From an uncultured virus (IMG/VR IMGVR_UViG_3300020193_000012) (lineage: Duplodnaviria > Heunggongvirae > Uroviricota > Caudoviricetes), in the IMG/VR virus record IMGVR_UViG_3300020193_000012: a stretch of 64,000 nucleotides of DNA; one strand, written 5' to 3'. Shown in pieces: positions 45,562 to 56,611 of this stretch. Numbering within the stretch: the stretch's first letter is position 1; every line of letters starts with the position of its first letter. The translations under genes and the position numbers were made by a program. The notes under the pieces are model-generated. The model was not told the origin of the DNA, ran no database searches, and saw only the letters and a list, made by a program, of their open reading frames with translations.

Positions 45562-48500
45562 TCAGGGGAAATCTGGAACTCCTGGTGGCAGTATCCAATA
45601 GTTTGCTGTTGTGGTTCCATAGATACCACCTCTAGTACCAGATCCACCACTATTATCAAAGAATGAATTGCTAGATTCGCCATAATATCCAAAGTAATAA
45701 GTTCCAGGAGCATGTGAGAAGATTGAATAATCAACACCATATCCCCTAGCTCCAGAAATATTAGTTTCGTCCCAAGCTAAAGCAAGAAGAAGATATGCAT
45801 AATTTGTATTTTCCCAATCAGTTAAACTCCTCTTCAGTGGAATGCTATTTGCGTTTATCATTCTTCTAATATTAAATGGTTGCGCTTTTGTAGTAGGTCC
45901 CCCACCATCAGTAGTTGCAGTAATACGATAATCTTGTGTTAGTGCCAAATCAAGGAAGTTTTGCCACCTCGCATCATCAATACAAGTATCAGTTCCAGGC
46001 AAAACTCTACCAGTTGTTTTAGTTAAAGTTCTTGGATCTTTTCCTGGAGTTGCACAAGAAAGTATTAAAATTCTACCGACAGAATCTCTATAAAAATCAC
46101 CAACAGTTTCAAACAATCTCATAATTAATTTTGTTTCTGCTACATTATGTCCACCAAGAGTAGTATCAACAACAGTAACAGATCCATCAGTATATCCAGA
46201 TCCACCACCTCCACCACCATCGTTAATACCACCAGATCCACCAGTAGCACCATTTCCACCATTACCCCCACCATTACTTCCAAGACCAGAAGTTTGATTT
46301 ATAGCATATCCGTCTTTAAATCCCCTACTAATTGAAACACTATTAGTTACTTCTGTACCATCAGATAATCTAAATTTTGAAACTCCAAGATCAGAACAGG
46401 CAGTTTTTCCTTGTTCTCTCCAATAAACACCCTTAGTGCAAGATATTGTTCTTCCACCGTCTCTATCAGAAGATTTTGAGTCCTCAGAATAAATTTTTGA
46501 AGTTCCAGATGATGAACCAAAAATACCATTACCAGACAATTGCCCTGATAGAATTGCTTGTCCTCCTACACCAGACAACTTACCAAATCCATTCTCACCA
46601 GCAACATTAACTCCACCTCCTCTTCCACCTTGCCCATAAGCACCTGCGCTTCCACCTTGTCCAACACATGCAATTAACTGAGCCTTTCTATACAGATATA
46701 ATGCCGTTTTTGATTTTATACCTCTCAAGATATATTCCTCACCTTTTTTCATGGTAAATCTAATTTTAGAATATCCGCCTTCACCACTATAATTTACTTT
46801 TGTAGAATAAGCGCCCCTAGCCCCAAACATTTCAAATTCAACTGTCACGTCCCTATCTTTTGCATAAAAACAAATAGTATCAGAATCAAAAACTCTTGAA
46901 GTAATTGTATAATCTAGATTGGTTAAATCAAACTCACGAAGAACAGCAGTCGTTGAATTTGGATCATATGCTTCAACCTCAATAACGGCACGACTTGTTG
47001 GAGGAACAACATCAAGTTGACAAGTATTAGTATAAACTGGAGAATTGCAAGCAGTTGGGTGTGTTACCTTTGCTCTTAATAAGTTTTTGGATACGTTTGG
47101 TAAGGCAATTGATAAATTTGGAGTCTGAGCACCAGAAACTGTAGTGGAAACTTCAACACTCTGTGATAGTCCACTCACAATTGATGTTTGGTCTGGTGTA
47201 AAATTAGTTGTGTACTTAGCAAGACCTTTAAAAATTTTTATATCTTGCATGTAACAAAATGGGAAGTAATATCCCTGATCATGAAATGTTGCGTGTTCTA
47301 ATGCAATATATCCAATGTTGTTGCCGCCATAAGCAGCACTGTCAACTCTTTGCCCAACGTACTGCCCATCAACGTAAAATCTAACATTAGTTCCTTCCTT
47401 AGAAACTGCAAGATGTCTCCAAGTTTCTAACTTTAAGTCATTTACAATTCCAATTGAGGCATATCCACTAACGTTAGCAATATAGAAAGTTGCTCCGCCC
47501 GTATCATTTCTTATGAAAGCAAACCAAGTTCCACCATCACTATAATATCCTCCACCAACATTTATAAGAACTTCCCAAGGACCGGTTGGATATGGATTGC
47601 TACCAGATTGGAAATTAACCCAACACTCAATAGTAAAATCTCCTGTTCCAAAATTAAAGTCTGGACTTCCTGCAACGTTTAGATAAGATCTTCCATCAAA
47701 AAATGCTGCGCCACCATAAAACTTACCACTTCCAGTCTTCCAAGAAGGAGATCTTCCCCAAGTTGCACCTGGAGTTATTGATTTTGTATTACTTGATAAA
47801 TCTGTTAATGATAATTCTCCCGTCTTATTATCCCACAATGGTAAAGACAACACTAATCTCCTATCAACAATAGCAACAGTTGATGGAGTAAAGTTTGCAG
47901 TATACTTAGACCCAGCATATATTTGGAAGTCTTGAATTCTTCCAATCATATTATATGTGTTTCCAGGAGTTCTTCCTATTTTAACATCAGTGGCTCTTAT
48001 ATTTTCATTAAAAACTGCACTTGCTACTTGAATACCATCTATAAAAAGTCTTAAAGTAGAATCACGTTTTATTTGTGTTAATGGAGTTGTTCTTGTTACA
48101 GCAACGTGATGCCAAGTATTTAAACTAAACTGTCCACCAGAAGCAATAATAGTTCCGTTATAATAAACTTCAAGTTGTTCTGAACCTGGAGATCCTACCA
48201 ACTGAGAGTCTTTATTTTTTCTGATGGTTAGTTGATTTTGACCATAATTTCCTGTTGAAAAAATATCATTCCACCCAGTTTGGGTAAAATATACCCAGGT
48301 CTCTACAGTAAAGTCTCCTGTGCCAAAATTAAAGTCTGATAATGGAGAAAGAGTGATGGAAGAATCACTATTAAAACTGGCATACCCATTATAAAATTTT
48401 CCTCCACCAGAAACCCATGATACGTTTGTATTTGTAGCAGTGTTAGCAACGTTAGTTAAATCTTCTAACACCAGTGAACCAGAGTTTTTGTCCCATAGAG

Positions 48501-49167
48501 GAAGTCTTAAAAGAGCATCTGAAGAATAGTCTGCATTATTTTTTGGTATTGATATAGTATTTTCTCCATCAATTAAATCAACCTCATTTAACTGCCACTG
48601 GTAAGAAACATCGCTTTGTAATATATCAGAAGTAGATGCTTCTACACTGAAAGATGCCGTTGATCCTTGTGATGTCGTAGAAATATTTGGACTTGGTTGA
48701 AAAGTTACAATAATATTAGGAAAGACTGTTAATAATGCAGTTTCAGAGTCTTTCGGATCATTAATCGCATTACCAGTAGACCTTGCCGTCCCCGCTGTTA
48801 CATCAGAACCAGATACACTATAAGCAGATGGAATATAGTCAGCTCTTAAGAAATACTCAGAATTATTAAAAAGAATAGCACTAGAAATTCCAGAAAGAGT
48901 TAATGTTGTTGTTGCTGAACCAGCAATTGTTGTGCCATTTAAATCACCATCGGATAATTCACCATACCCAACTTGATGCCAACGATAAGAAATATATCCA
49001 GTATTTGTCGCTGGGTTCGGTGGATCTTGTGTTGGAAATGTTGCTGTTGCAATACCAATAAAGGTAGCAATACCACTTGTACAAGCAGAAACAGATGATG
49101 GATGAGTTGTAAACGATAGAATAGGACCATTAAGGTCAAGAGTAGTTTGATTGTTAAAACTAGGCAT
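45562..49167 (-). CDS. Large virion protein with Ig-like and two LamG/ConA-like lectin domains (1201 aa)
   Basis: SYQWQ Ig-like motifs; FNFGTGDFT.E.WV...W.H.AV......R.FIDG twice; Gly-rich C-terminal region. Confidence 0.85.
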   Translation of the reverse strand: MPSFNNQTTLDLNGPILSFTTHPSSVSACTSGIATFIGIATATFPTQDPPNPATNTGYISYRWHQVGYGELSDGDLNGTTIAGSATTTLTLSGISSAILFNNSEYFLRADYIPSAYSVSGSDVTAGTARSTGNAINDPKDSETALLTVFPNIIVTFQPSPNISTTSQGSTASFSVEASTSDILQSDVSYQWQLNEVDLIDGENTISIPKNNADYSSDALLRLPLWDKNSGSLVLEDLTNVANTATNTNVSWVSGGGKFYNGYASFNSDSSITLSPLSDFNFGTGDFTVETWVYFTQTGWNDIFSTGNYGQNQLTIRKNKDSQLVGSPGSEQLEVYYNGTIIASGGQFSLNTWHHVAVTRTTPLTQIKRDSTLRLFIDGIQVASAVFNENIRATDVKIGRTPGNTYNMIGRIQDFQIYAGSKYTANFTPSTVAIVDRRLVLSLPLWDNKTGELSLTDLSSNTKSITPGATWGRSPSWKTGSGKFYGGAAFFDGRSYLNVAGSPDFNFGTGDFTIECWVNFQSGSNPYPTGPWEVLINVGGGYYSDGGTWFAFIRNDTGGATFYIANVSGYASIGIVNDLKLETWRHLAVSKEGTNVRFYVDGQYVGQRVDSAAYGGNNIGYIALEHATFHDQGYYFPFCYMQDIKIFKGLAKYTTNFTPDQTSIVSGLSQSVEVSTTVSGAQTPNLSIALPNVSKNLLRAKVTHPTACNSPVYTNTCQLDVVPPTSRAVIEVEAYDPNSTTAVLREFDLTNLDYTITSRVFDSDTICFYAKDRDVTVEFEMFGARGAYSTKVNYSGEGGYSKIRFTMKKGEEYILRGIKSKTALYLYRKAQLIACVGQGGSAGAYGQGGRGGGVNVAGENGFGKLSGVGGQAILSGQLSGNGIFGSSSGTSKIYSEDSKSSDRDGGRTISCTKGVYWREQGKTACSDLGVSKFRLSDGTEVTNSVSISRGFKDGYAINQTSGLGSNGGGNGGNGATGGSGGINDGGGGGGSGYTDGSVTVVDTTLGGHNVAETKLIMRLFETVGDFYRDSVGRILILSCATPGKDPRTLTKTTGRVLPGTDTCIDDARWQNFLDLALTQDYRITATTDGGGPTTKAQPFNIRRMINANSIPLKRSLTDWENTNYAYLLLALAWDETNISGARGYGVDYSIFSHAPGTYYFGYYGESSNSFFDNSGGSGTRGGIYGTTTANYWILPPGVPDFP

Positions 49168-49178
49168 AATTTTTTACC

Positions 49179-52100
49179 TCAATCGGCAAAGTTTTGACCA
49201 ACAACAACGCCATATATTCCATTATCTGACGAATAACTTGTTAGAGTGTTTCCATTGAATATTCTGAATGAGTAAATGTCCGTCCTGTTTGCAGTTGTAG
49301 TAACTCCAGGTAGAACTCCACCACCAGGCCATCTCACCGGAATTGTGTTCAATCCAACATTCCTAAAGTCATTAAGATCTACTGTTCGTCCACCAATAGA
49401 ATCTTGAGTGAATTTGAGAGTAAACTGAGTAGAGTCTGCTGGTGCGTTTAATAGTATGAAATAATCAATATTATCAAATAAAGTTACAGTAAAGTTTTGA
49501 GCGACTGAAAGATCGATTGTTGCCACATTAGATGTTATTGTTAAAATTCCAACTGCTTCAGAGTAAGTCTTAAATCTAGCAGATCCTTCAATATCTATTT
49601 TTGTTCTTGGAACTGTTGTTCCAATACCAATATTTACTCCCGTTGTCATTAATGTAGTTGATCCAGATCCAACATTAATGTTGGATGCAGTTATAATACC
49701 AGCAGTAATTTCACCAGAGCTACTGGTTAGATTAAAACCTTTAGCAGTAATAATACCACTTACGTGAACTTGATTTGCAGTTACAAGTCCAACAAACTGA
49801 GCAACATTATGAACGTACATATCGGTGTTGCCTGTTCCTGGCGATCCAACTTCTAAGTTGAATGAAGGCACTGATGTTCCAATACCAATCTTCGCAAATC
49901 CAGTATTGTAATATCCACCAGAAGTTTGAGCCCATCCAGTTGCTGCAGCGTTAATTGAAGTAAGTCCTGCACCACTGCCGACAAAGTTAGTGGCATAGCA
50001 AGTTCCGCCAATATTAGTACTGCCTTCTACGTTTAGGAAATACTGATTTGCAGTTGTTCCAATACCAACACCCTTACTATCAACACATAAAGTCTTACCA
50101 CCATCAGTTCCAAGTCCAGTAATTTTAAGTTTGCAGTCACCAGGAGATGTCGTTCCTATACCAATTTGATCAAAGATTGCAACGTTTTCATTCTTAGAAA
50201 TACCAACAGATCCAAAACGGAACCAGTCATTTTCCGTAGTATAAATCCAACCAACAAATCCACTTCTAGATGGGTTTTCATAATAAACAATGTCACCTGG
50301 ATTACCTGCAGTCGTTGGTGTTGAAATACCTACCGTATATTTTCTAGATACTGTCGCATCACCTTGTAAATAAAGAGAATTCGCTTCAATACCTTTTGTT
50401 GATGTAGATGTTATTTTATTGGTAAAAATGACTGGTCCATTAAATCTTGAAGTTGCTTTGTTGCCAGATCCACCCTCAACCCGAATAGAACGTTCGAAGT
50501 TACCTTCTAGAGCACTTATGACGTTAATATTTGGTTGACCGCTAACATCTTCACCAGTTACAGTCACAATAGGAGTATCAAAAATCTCCTCTTGTCCAGT
50601 AACCGTACTTAACTTCTTATTACCAGAGTATGAAATGCCCTTGTCATTCATACCAGTATAGAAGTTAATTCCACCTTCTCTTCTGGTTGATTGTGCTAGA
50701 AGTTCTTCAGCAGCTGAGATTTGTCTTGTCTGCTTGTCAGGTAAAGCAGTTGAGTAGTTACCAGGACCAAATCCAACATATTCAAACGTATGACCAGAAG
50801 CACGAGAGATGGAGTGTCTTCTTAATTCAATTGGGAATGGTTTAATTCTTCTGACAACAGATCCATTTGCATGGTTCGTTGCCTTTGTTCCAAGAACTCC
50901 ACGGAAAACAGTAATTGATGTTCCAGCAGTAATGCTATTTGGAATTGTTGTCTTAACTCTTACAATTTCATCGTTAATTGCAAGGTAATCTCCAATCTTG
51001 AGGTCAAGATTTTCAATTCCCTGAATTGTTATCGTCTCTGTCGCCGCATCAGCGATAAGTGCAAATAATGTTGTCGTAATTCCAGCATAAGTTGGAACCA
51101 TTCTACCATTCAAATTCTCATTATCAATGGTTACAACACCATCATTCGAAGTAAATCCTTCACGGTGAACATATAGAGATCCAGATGCTGCTGGAGCAAA
51201 TGTGCTAATTCCAATTTTTACTTTGAATGTAGTTAGACCAACATTTTCAGCAACTACAAAATCTCCATTATAAACACTTTGGTTAGCACCACTAATTCTT
51301 ACTTTTGCATCAACCTTAAGTCCATGACGATTTAGTGTTGTAACAGTTGCAATACCAATATCTTTATTATATGCAAGAGAACTGACCTTAAGAGCCTCAC
51401 CAGTCAAATAAACAAAAGCATTTTGAGTAATTGTTTCACCAATTCCTGGATTTGAACTCCAGGTAGATATTCCTGTAGTAGATTCAGATCTAAAGCTATT
51501 AGCAGCTCCAACAGGAACTTCTGTAATTCTATAAAGATTATTGAAGGTTGAATATACCTCCGAACTTACACCAGAAATTCTAACAGTGTCTCCAACGTTA
51601 TCATAGATTTTGGTAACTTGAACTACTGCTTGAGAATATCCAGTAGTTGTTGCAACACCAACGACTGCCAAAGTATTTCCAATACCATAGGCAGATCCAC
51701 CATCCATGATGATAACATCTGTTAGATTACCTAGAGCATTAACAGAAACTTTTGCCGTTGCGTGTTGTCCAGTTGTTGAAGAACCAATACTGACTAAACG
51801 AGCATTATATAAATCTCCAGCAGACCCTCCACCATATCCAGCACCGCTGCTGGCGATGGATACTTTCATAATTCTATTCAGTCCATGATCAATAGACGTA
51901 TAAACAGAGTGAATTGTAGAACTCGTAGAAACAATATTTGTAATACCTACTCCAGGATTGATATCCAAGAGAGTTTTGTTAATCGTTTCTTTTGTAACAC
52001 TCTTACGGAGATCATCAATCAATACCTCACCGATTAGAGAAGATTGTGCAAAAGATTTTGCTTCATCGGGATCAGAAACAGGAGTATCTCTGTCTATTTG

Positions 52101-55052
52101 TGGATATAAATCTTTTACTGGTTGAGAGAACTTTTCTCCAGAGAAATAATTAACACTCGGAGCATTTGAAGCATTAACTATTGTTAGATAGTATACACCA
52201 TCTTGCTCATTTGAAATATATCTTTGAATTTCTTCATTTCTATAAATGTAGTATACATTTTCATATTTCTTTCTCTTGAAATATGGTAAAGATGTATTTC
52301 TTGCAGTCGTATCGTTTGTGAAAGTTCCTGGATTTGTAGATAATCCAACACTAAATTGTTTAGCACTACCGATACCAGAAACAACGAACGTTCCATTAAA
52401 TCCTGAGTTATCTGCAGCCGAAGTATTGCTGGAACTAACAACTTTTAAAATTTGAACTTGAGATCCAACGGAGAGATTGTGTGGAAGTTCAGTATCAATC
52501 TTGGCGTTTGAACCATCCCATGATGCTCCAGCAATAAATCTAAAGTTTCTTTGTTGATTTACATTTCCTATAGATCCACTACCAAAATAAGACTGAATTT
52601 CCGAATTAGTAGATCCAATTGAAGTATTTGACTCTTGGAGAATAAATCCATCACTTGGAGGTCTTGCTACGGTTGAACCAGTTTCTTTTGGAATTACATA
52701 TCTTACACGATAAATTCTATCATTAGTATTTCTATTATCTTGTCTACGCTTAATATAAGATCTAGGTGTTGCTTGACCTAAAGTAGTTACTCCGATTGAA
52801 ACAATAGCATTGTAAATGTTGTTCTCAGTGCTTGCTGATGCAACCTTTATATACCATTGACCAACATTCGAATCATATTGAACTGGATGTCCAATATCAC
52901 CAGCATTTTTGTCAGATACTCTGCTTACAACTTTTAAGTTCCCACCTTTCGTATTAAACTGAATATTTTTTGCATTTGTTGAGGAATGCGTAAGAGCATC
53001 GTTTAAAGTCTTAGCAACTTTGAGTTGTGTTGTTCCAATACCAACATCAGTAGTACTAGTGATTGCATAGTAAACTTGATTGTTGATTAAACCATCTGGA
53101 ATTTTTCCAATGTCACTGAAGAATCTAATTGTTTCTCCAGTTAGGAATGTATGTCCTGTCCCATCAAAGGTCAGAATATTTGTTCCCGTATTTGATAATA
53201 CGTTAAATGATTTTTCAGAACTGGATTGAGATCCAGGCATTACAATTCTTGAAGAATACTCAGTAACACTTCCAGCTAAAGATACAAGAACATTTAAAGT
53301 ATCATTAACTTTTGCACCAACTCGATATCCTTCAATAACAGTCTCTGGTAAAACGTCTCTATTTGTTTGATTATAAAGATACAAATGACCAGTCGAACCA
53401 TAACCAACTACATTATTTACATCAATTGCATTAAATTCAACTGTAGTCTCTTCAATTGGAATTTCTTTTGGTGGAATAATATGAGTGATGTATCCAAAGT
53501 CATCTTGTGGGAAAGCATTTCTTCTAAAACCAGATGCTACTAATGCCTTTGCACCGAAGTTAGAGTTTGAGTTGGTGATGGACATGTCTCCACCACTTTC
53601 TGTCACAAACTGTTCAGCATATCCAATCGCAAAGATTGATACGTTTTGAATGAACGAGTCATTTACTGCTTTAATGTGGAAGTTCTTCCAATCCGGTTTA
53701 AATACTGCTCTGATATTATTACTTAATGTCTCATTACCAGCAACATTACTATCTTCATATACTCCAGTATCTTCATTAAACAGAACAAACGCTCTATCAT
53801 CTTTCTGAAGACCGATTCCAGTAAATTGAGCAACAACTACTGACTTAAATCCAGATGCTTTATCTCCATCAGCCAATAATCCACACATTCCATATACAGA
53901 ACGTAGAGAAACGTTAAAAATGTATGGAGACGCTGAGGTTACAGTATCAGATTGGAGTGAGAGAGATGCGCCAGAAGTTGACGGTAACGCAAGTGTCGGA
54001 GATTCTTGAACTTGATATTTGATTTGTAAATCGGATACTTTTTCAGTAACAACGTATTGTCCATTGTAACCGTCAGCAGTAATCCCCTCTACTCTAAATG
54101 GAGTATCAACATCAAGACCAGGAACTTCACCATTTAAGGTGACCGTGATAGTTGTACTTGATGTTACACCATCTCCAGATTTAATGCTCGAAATTCCTAC
54201 AGTTTGACCAGTAGATCCAACAATACGATATTCATCAATCTTAGGTTGAATATCAAGTCCAGATGATGGATAATCTGGTTCAATAGGACGACCAGAAGAT
54301 TGCCCATAAGCGAGACCTACTTTCTCATAATACATATCCAGATCAGTTCTTGTTGTAGAATATGTCTGGAATGTATCATTAATGTCTACTCCATTTACAC
54401 CATCAGCATACTCAAAACAAGATAACTTGTGGTGAGAAAAATTGGGAACAGACAGATTTGTTGTATAGTTTGTGAAGCATTGTCCATTTGGATTTGCATC
54501 AAAAACAGAAAACTGCCAAAGGTAGCATCCACCAGTAATTCTAAAAATTGCGGTTCTCTTAATATCATCATTGAGAGGGTCTGGAACATATCTTGGAATA
54601 ATTTTTGTCTTTCTTAAATCAAGACCAACGATGGAGGTTCCTCTTGGAATAATAACTCCACCATGAATACTGTTTAACTTATAAAGTTGATTGTTGTCTG
54701 TGGTTAAATCAAAGTTTGAAGTTAAGTCAAAAGCAGCAAAATCATTTGAAACTACACCACTTCTAAGTCTAAAATTATTTACACCGTCAGGTATCCATCC
54801 AGGACGATTATCAACTATATGATCGCCAGGATAAACAAGAATTGTTGTCTTACTAAATCTATCGTTATCTAAACCTCTTTGATATGAAAATCTTGATGCC
54901 TCAATAAGTGCTCTTTGAATCGTCTTAAATGGACGAGTCAGAGAGTTACCCTGATTTTCAATACTATCCGTTGCATCTAAGTCATTTGGATTAACGTAGA
55001 GAATTGTTCCTCTTGCTGACTTCAGAAAATTATCTAATCTGGAGAGACCCAT
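49179..55052 (-). CDS. Very large T4-like cyanophage virion structural protein (1957 aa)
   Basis: MGLSRLDNFLK...PFKTIQRAL beta-helix-type N-terminus, repeated HGL..G..V.I.G domains, GIGT fibre repeats. Confidence 0.85.
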   Translation of the reverse strand: MGLSRLDNFLKSARGTILYVNPNDLDATDSIENQGNSLTRPFKTIQRALIEASRFSYQRGLDNDRFSKTTILVYPGDHIVDNRPGWIPDGVNNFRLRSGVVSNDFAAFDLTSNFDLTTDNNQLYKLNSIHGGVIIPRGTSIVGLDLRKTKIIPRYVPDPLNDDIKRTAIFRITGGCYLWQFSVFDANPNGQCFTNYTTNLSVPNFSHHKLSCFEYADGVNGVDINDTFQTYSTTRTDLDMYYEKVGLAYGQSSGRPIEPDYPSSGLDIQPKIDEYRIVGSTGQTVGISSIKSGDGVTSSTTITVTLNGEVPGLDVDTPFRVEGITADGYNGQYVVTEKVSDLQIKYQVQESPTLALPSTSGASLSLQSDTVTSASPYIFNVSLRSVYGMCGLLADGDKASGFKSVVVAQFTGIGLQKDDRAFVLFNEDTGVYEDSNVAGNETLSNNIRAVFKPDWKNFHIKAVNDSFIQNVSIFAIGYAEQFVTESGGDMSITNSNSNFGAKALVASGFRRNAFPQDDFGYITHIIPPKEIPIEETTVEFNAIDVNNVVGYGSTGHLYLYNQTNRDVLPETVIEGYRVGAKVNDTLNVLVSLAGSVTEYSSRIVMPGSQSSSEKSFNVLSNTGTNILTFDGTGHTFLTGETIRFFSDIGKIPDGLINNQVYYAITSTTDVGIGTTQLKVAKTLNDALTHSSTNAKNIQFNTKGGNLKVVSRVSDKNAGDIGHPVQYDSNVGQWYIKVASASTENNIYNAIVSIGVTTLGQATPRSYIKRRQDNRNTNDRIYRVRYVIPKETGSTVARPPSDGFILQESNTSIGSTNSEIQSYFGSGSIGNVNQQRNFRFIAGASWDGSNAKIDTELPHNLSVGSQVQILKVVSSSNTSAADNSGFNGTFVVSGIGSAKQFSVGLSTNPGTFTNDTTARNTSLPYFKRKKYENVYYIYRNEEIQRYISNEQDGVYYLTIVNASNAPSVNYFSGEKFSQPVKDLYPQIDRDTPVSDPDEAKSFAQSSLIGEVLIDDLRKSVTKETINKTLLDINPGVGITNIVSTSSTIHSVYTSIDHGLNRIMKVSIASSGAGYGGGSAGDLYNARLVSIGSSTTGQHATAKVSVNALGNLTDVIIMDGGSAYGIGNTLAVVGVATTTGYSQAVVQVTKIYDNVGDTVRISGVSSEVYSTFNNLYRITEVPVGAANSFRSESTTGISTWSSNPGIGETITQNAFVYLTGEALKVSSLAYNKDIGIATVTTLNRHGLKVDAKVRISGANQSVYNGDFVVAENVGLTTFKVKIGISTFAPAASGSLYVHREGFTSNDGVVTIDNENLNGRMVPTYAGITTTLFALIADAATETITIQGIENLDLKIGDYLAINDEIVRVKTTIPNSITAGTSITVFRGVLGTKATNHANGSVVRRIKPFPIELRRHSISRASGHTFEYVGFGPGNYSTALPDKQTRQISAAEELLAQSTRREGGINFYTGMNDKGISYSGNKKLSTVTGQEEIFDTPIVTVTGEDVSGQPNINVISALEGNFERSIRVEGGSGNKATSRFNGPVIFTNKITSTSTKGIEANSLYLQGDATVSRKYTVGISTPTTAGNPGDIVYYENPSRSGFVGWIYTTENDWFRFGSVGISKNENVAIFDQIGIGTTSPGDCKLKITGLGTDGGKTLCVDSKGVGIGTTANQYFLNVEGSTNIGGTCYATNFVGSGAGLTSINAAATGWAQTSGGYYNTGFAKIGIGTSVPSFNLEVGSPGTGNTDMYVHNVAQFVGLVTANQVHVSGIITAKGFNLTSSSGEITAGIITASNINVGSGSTTLMTTGVNIGIGTTVPRTKIDIEGSARFKTYSEAVGILTITSNVATIDLSVAQNFTVTLFDNIDYFILLNAPADSTQFTLKFTQDSIGGRTVDLNDFRNVGLNTIPVRWPGGGVLPGVTTTANRTDIYSFRIFNGNTLTSYSSDNGIYGVVVGQNFAD

Positions 55053-55096
55053 CTTATTAATGCTTATAGTTTCCGTTATGGATTATTTATCATAAG

Positions 55097-55131
55097 AAAA
55101 AAGGGACCTGGATTACTCCAAGTCCCTTTTT
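55097..55131. terminator. Bidirectional terminator
   Basis: A6-GGGACCTGGA-TTAC-TCCAAGTCCC-T5. Confidence 0.75.
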
Positions 55132-55155
55132 GCACTTCCTTCACACCTTGTTATT

Positions 55156-55764
55156 TTACCACGACTGCTCTTCCCACGTCAACCTTTTCTGCAACTCTTT
55201 ATCAAACACCATCAAGTATCTATGCTTTCTACTTCTGTCTTTCCATTCACCCTCTTCACCCTTTATTTTTCCACGAGAGTGTTTAGTTCCGTCTGAGTAG
55301 TGAAAATCTTTTTTTCTATCTGTGAGACCGTAATACTTAAAGTTACAAGCACGATAAATGATGCCAGAGTGATAATCATTATCGGCATAAGAGAGAATTG
55401 CTTTGACCTTAGTGTCCTTTCTAAACTGTTTGATTGCTCTTGAGGTGAACCACGAAGTAATATTGTGCTCTTTTAGTTGTGTATCAGGATGAATGCAAAG
55501 TCGTGAAAGTTCATAAAGTCCCTCTTGTTCGTTTCGCTCTAATCCAAATGCTCCTTGTGCGATTTCAGGCACAGGAAGTCCAGTAAAGATACAAACTCCC
55601 AGTAATCCACCAATTTTGAGTGGGCAGAAGTCATTTTTTAGAAACAAACCATAATTATAACCACTCTTAAAAGACTTAGAGATGTCTTTTAGGTAGTGGT
55701 ATTGGAGTAAAAGTTCCTCTGCTTCCCTTTTACTAACTTTATCAATATAAAACTCACTTTTCAT
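55156..55764 (-). CDS. Mom-like GNAT-fold DNA modification enzyme
   Basis: QYHYL, GVCIFT, YELSRLC, ILSYAD...HSGIIYRACNF.YYG, KHRY. Confidence 0.7.
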   Translation of the reverse strand: MKSEFYIDKVSKREAEELLLQYHYLKDISKSFKSGYNYGLFLKNDFCPLKIGGLLGVCIFTGLPVPEIAQGAFGLERNEQEGLYELSRLCIHPDTQLKEHNITSWFTSRAIKQFRKDTKVKAILSYADNDYHSGIIYRACNFKYYGLTDRKKDFHYSDGTKHSRGKIKGEEGEWKDRSRKHRYLMVFDKELQKRLTWEEQSW

Positions 55765-55786
55765 TCATTTTTCTTTATTTCTATAA

Positions 55787-56185
55787 TTATAACATTTTTT
55801 CCAAAGAGTTTCTAATATCTTTACCAGAAAAATATTGTTTTAATTGATAAACTTGCTCTTTAAATTTTTTTTCTGGGCAGGTTTGTCTACCAAGATTAAA
55901 TAAACGAAGAGCAATTACAACATTATCAGGAACATATCCTTTTGTCTCATCTAATCTTTCTAGACTTGGTGAAAGTGGATTGTGACTCTCAAAAATACCT
56001 TGAGGATTTATTGGAAATCCTGTCCAGTAGCATTGCCCATTTTGTTTTAAAAATTGTTTTGCTAGATAAAACTCATCAATAGTTACATCTAATGGTTCAA
56101 TTCTCTTGATTCCGTTTTTCTTTTCTTGTCCAGGACGAGCAGCAGTTTTTGCTTTGGCGATAAGTGCTTTCCAAGGATTTTTCAT
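55787..56185 (-). CDS. HNH-like (beta-beta-alpha-Me) endonuclease family protein
   Basis: QNGQCYWTG...SPSLERLD..KGYVPDNVV.....N. Confidence 0.65.
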   Translation of the reverse strand: MKNPWKALIAKAKTAARPGQEKKNGIKRIEPLDVTIDEFYLAKQFLKQNGQCYWTGFPINPQGIFESHNPLSPSLERLDETKGYVPDNVVIALRLFNLGRQTCPEKKFKEQVYQLKQYFSGKDIRNSLEKML

Positions 56186-56195
56186 AATAAAAAAA

Positions 56196-56369
56196 TTAGT
56201 CACTTTGTTTACAGTCTAGCATACATTCTACTGTATTTGCGACATCATTCATCGCATCTCTTAAGTTTGTTTGTTGCCCTGATTCTTGTTTGATAATCGG
56301 GCGGTGGTCATCAGTAAGAACCCAACGCCACTGCTTCATATCCTTACAATACCAGAGATTAATTTTCAT
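56196..56369 (-). CDS. Small hypothetical protein (57 aa, MKINLWYC...)
   Basis: Start moved; the upstream part of the track ORF overlaps another gene. Confidence 0.7.
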   Translation of the reverse strand: MKINLWYCKDMKQWRWVLTDDHRPIIKQESGQQTNLRDAMNDVANTVECMLDCKQSD

Positions 56370-56517
56370 TCTTGAAATATTCCAGTCTAATCCAGTTGAT
56401 AAGTGCGTTGACTTCCATTCGGTCTTCTTCCGACCATTCGAGAGCATCTTTAACTCTAGCATAACAGGTAAGTGCATCAATTGCAAGTTGTCTATCTCTT
56501 TGTGAAATTAGTGACAT
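56359..56517 (-). CDS. Small hypothetical protein (52 aa), not in the ORF track
   Basis: MSLISQRDRQLAIDAL...LINWIRLEYFKNEN. Confidence 0.65.
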   Translation of the reverse strand: MSLISQRDRQLAIDALTCYARVKDALEWSEEDRMEVNALINWIRLEYFKNEN

Positions 56518-56535
56518 TGGAGTTTATAGAACTCA

Positions 56536-56608
56536 AGCCCCCAGACGGAATTGAACCGTCCTCTCCGCTTTACAAGAGCGGTACATCGCCACTTAATGCT
56601 TTAGAGGC
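56536..56608 (-). tRNA. trnT: tRNA-Thr (anticodon TGT)
   Basis: Cloverleaf; anticodon arm CCGCT-CTTGTAA-AGCGG; T arm GACGG-TTCAATT-CCGTC; CCA not encoded. Confidence 0.9.
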
Positions 56609-56611
56609 AAA

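Noticed and set aside
56196..56486. 96-aa ORF as given in the track
   Set aside because: Upstream part overlaps a better 52-aa gene in another frame; start moved to 56369
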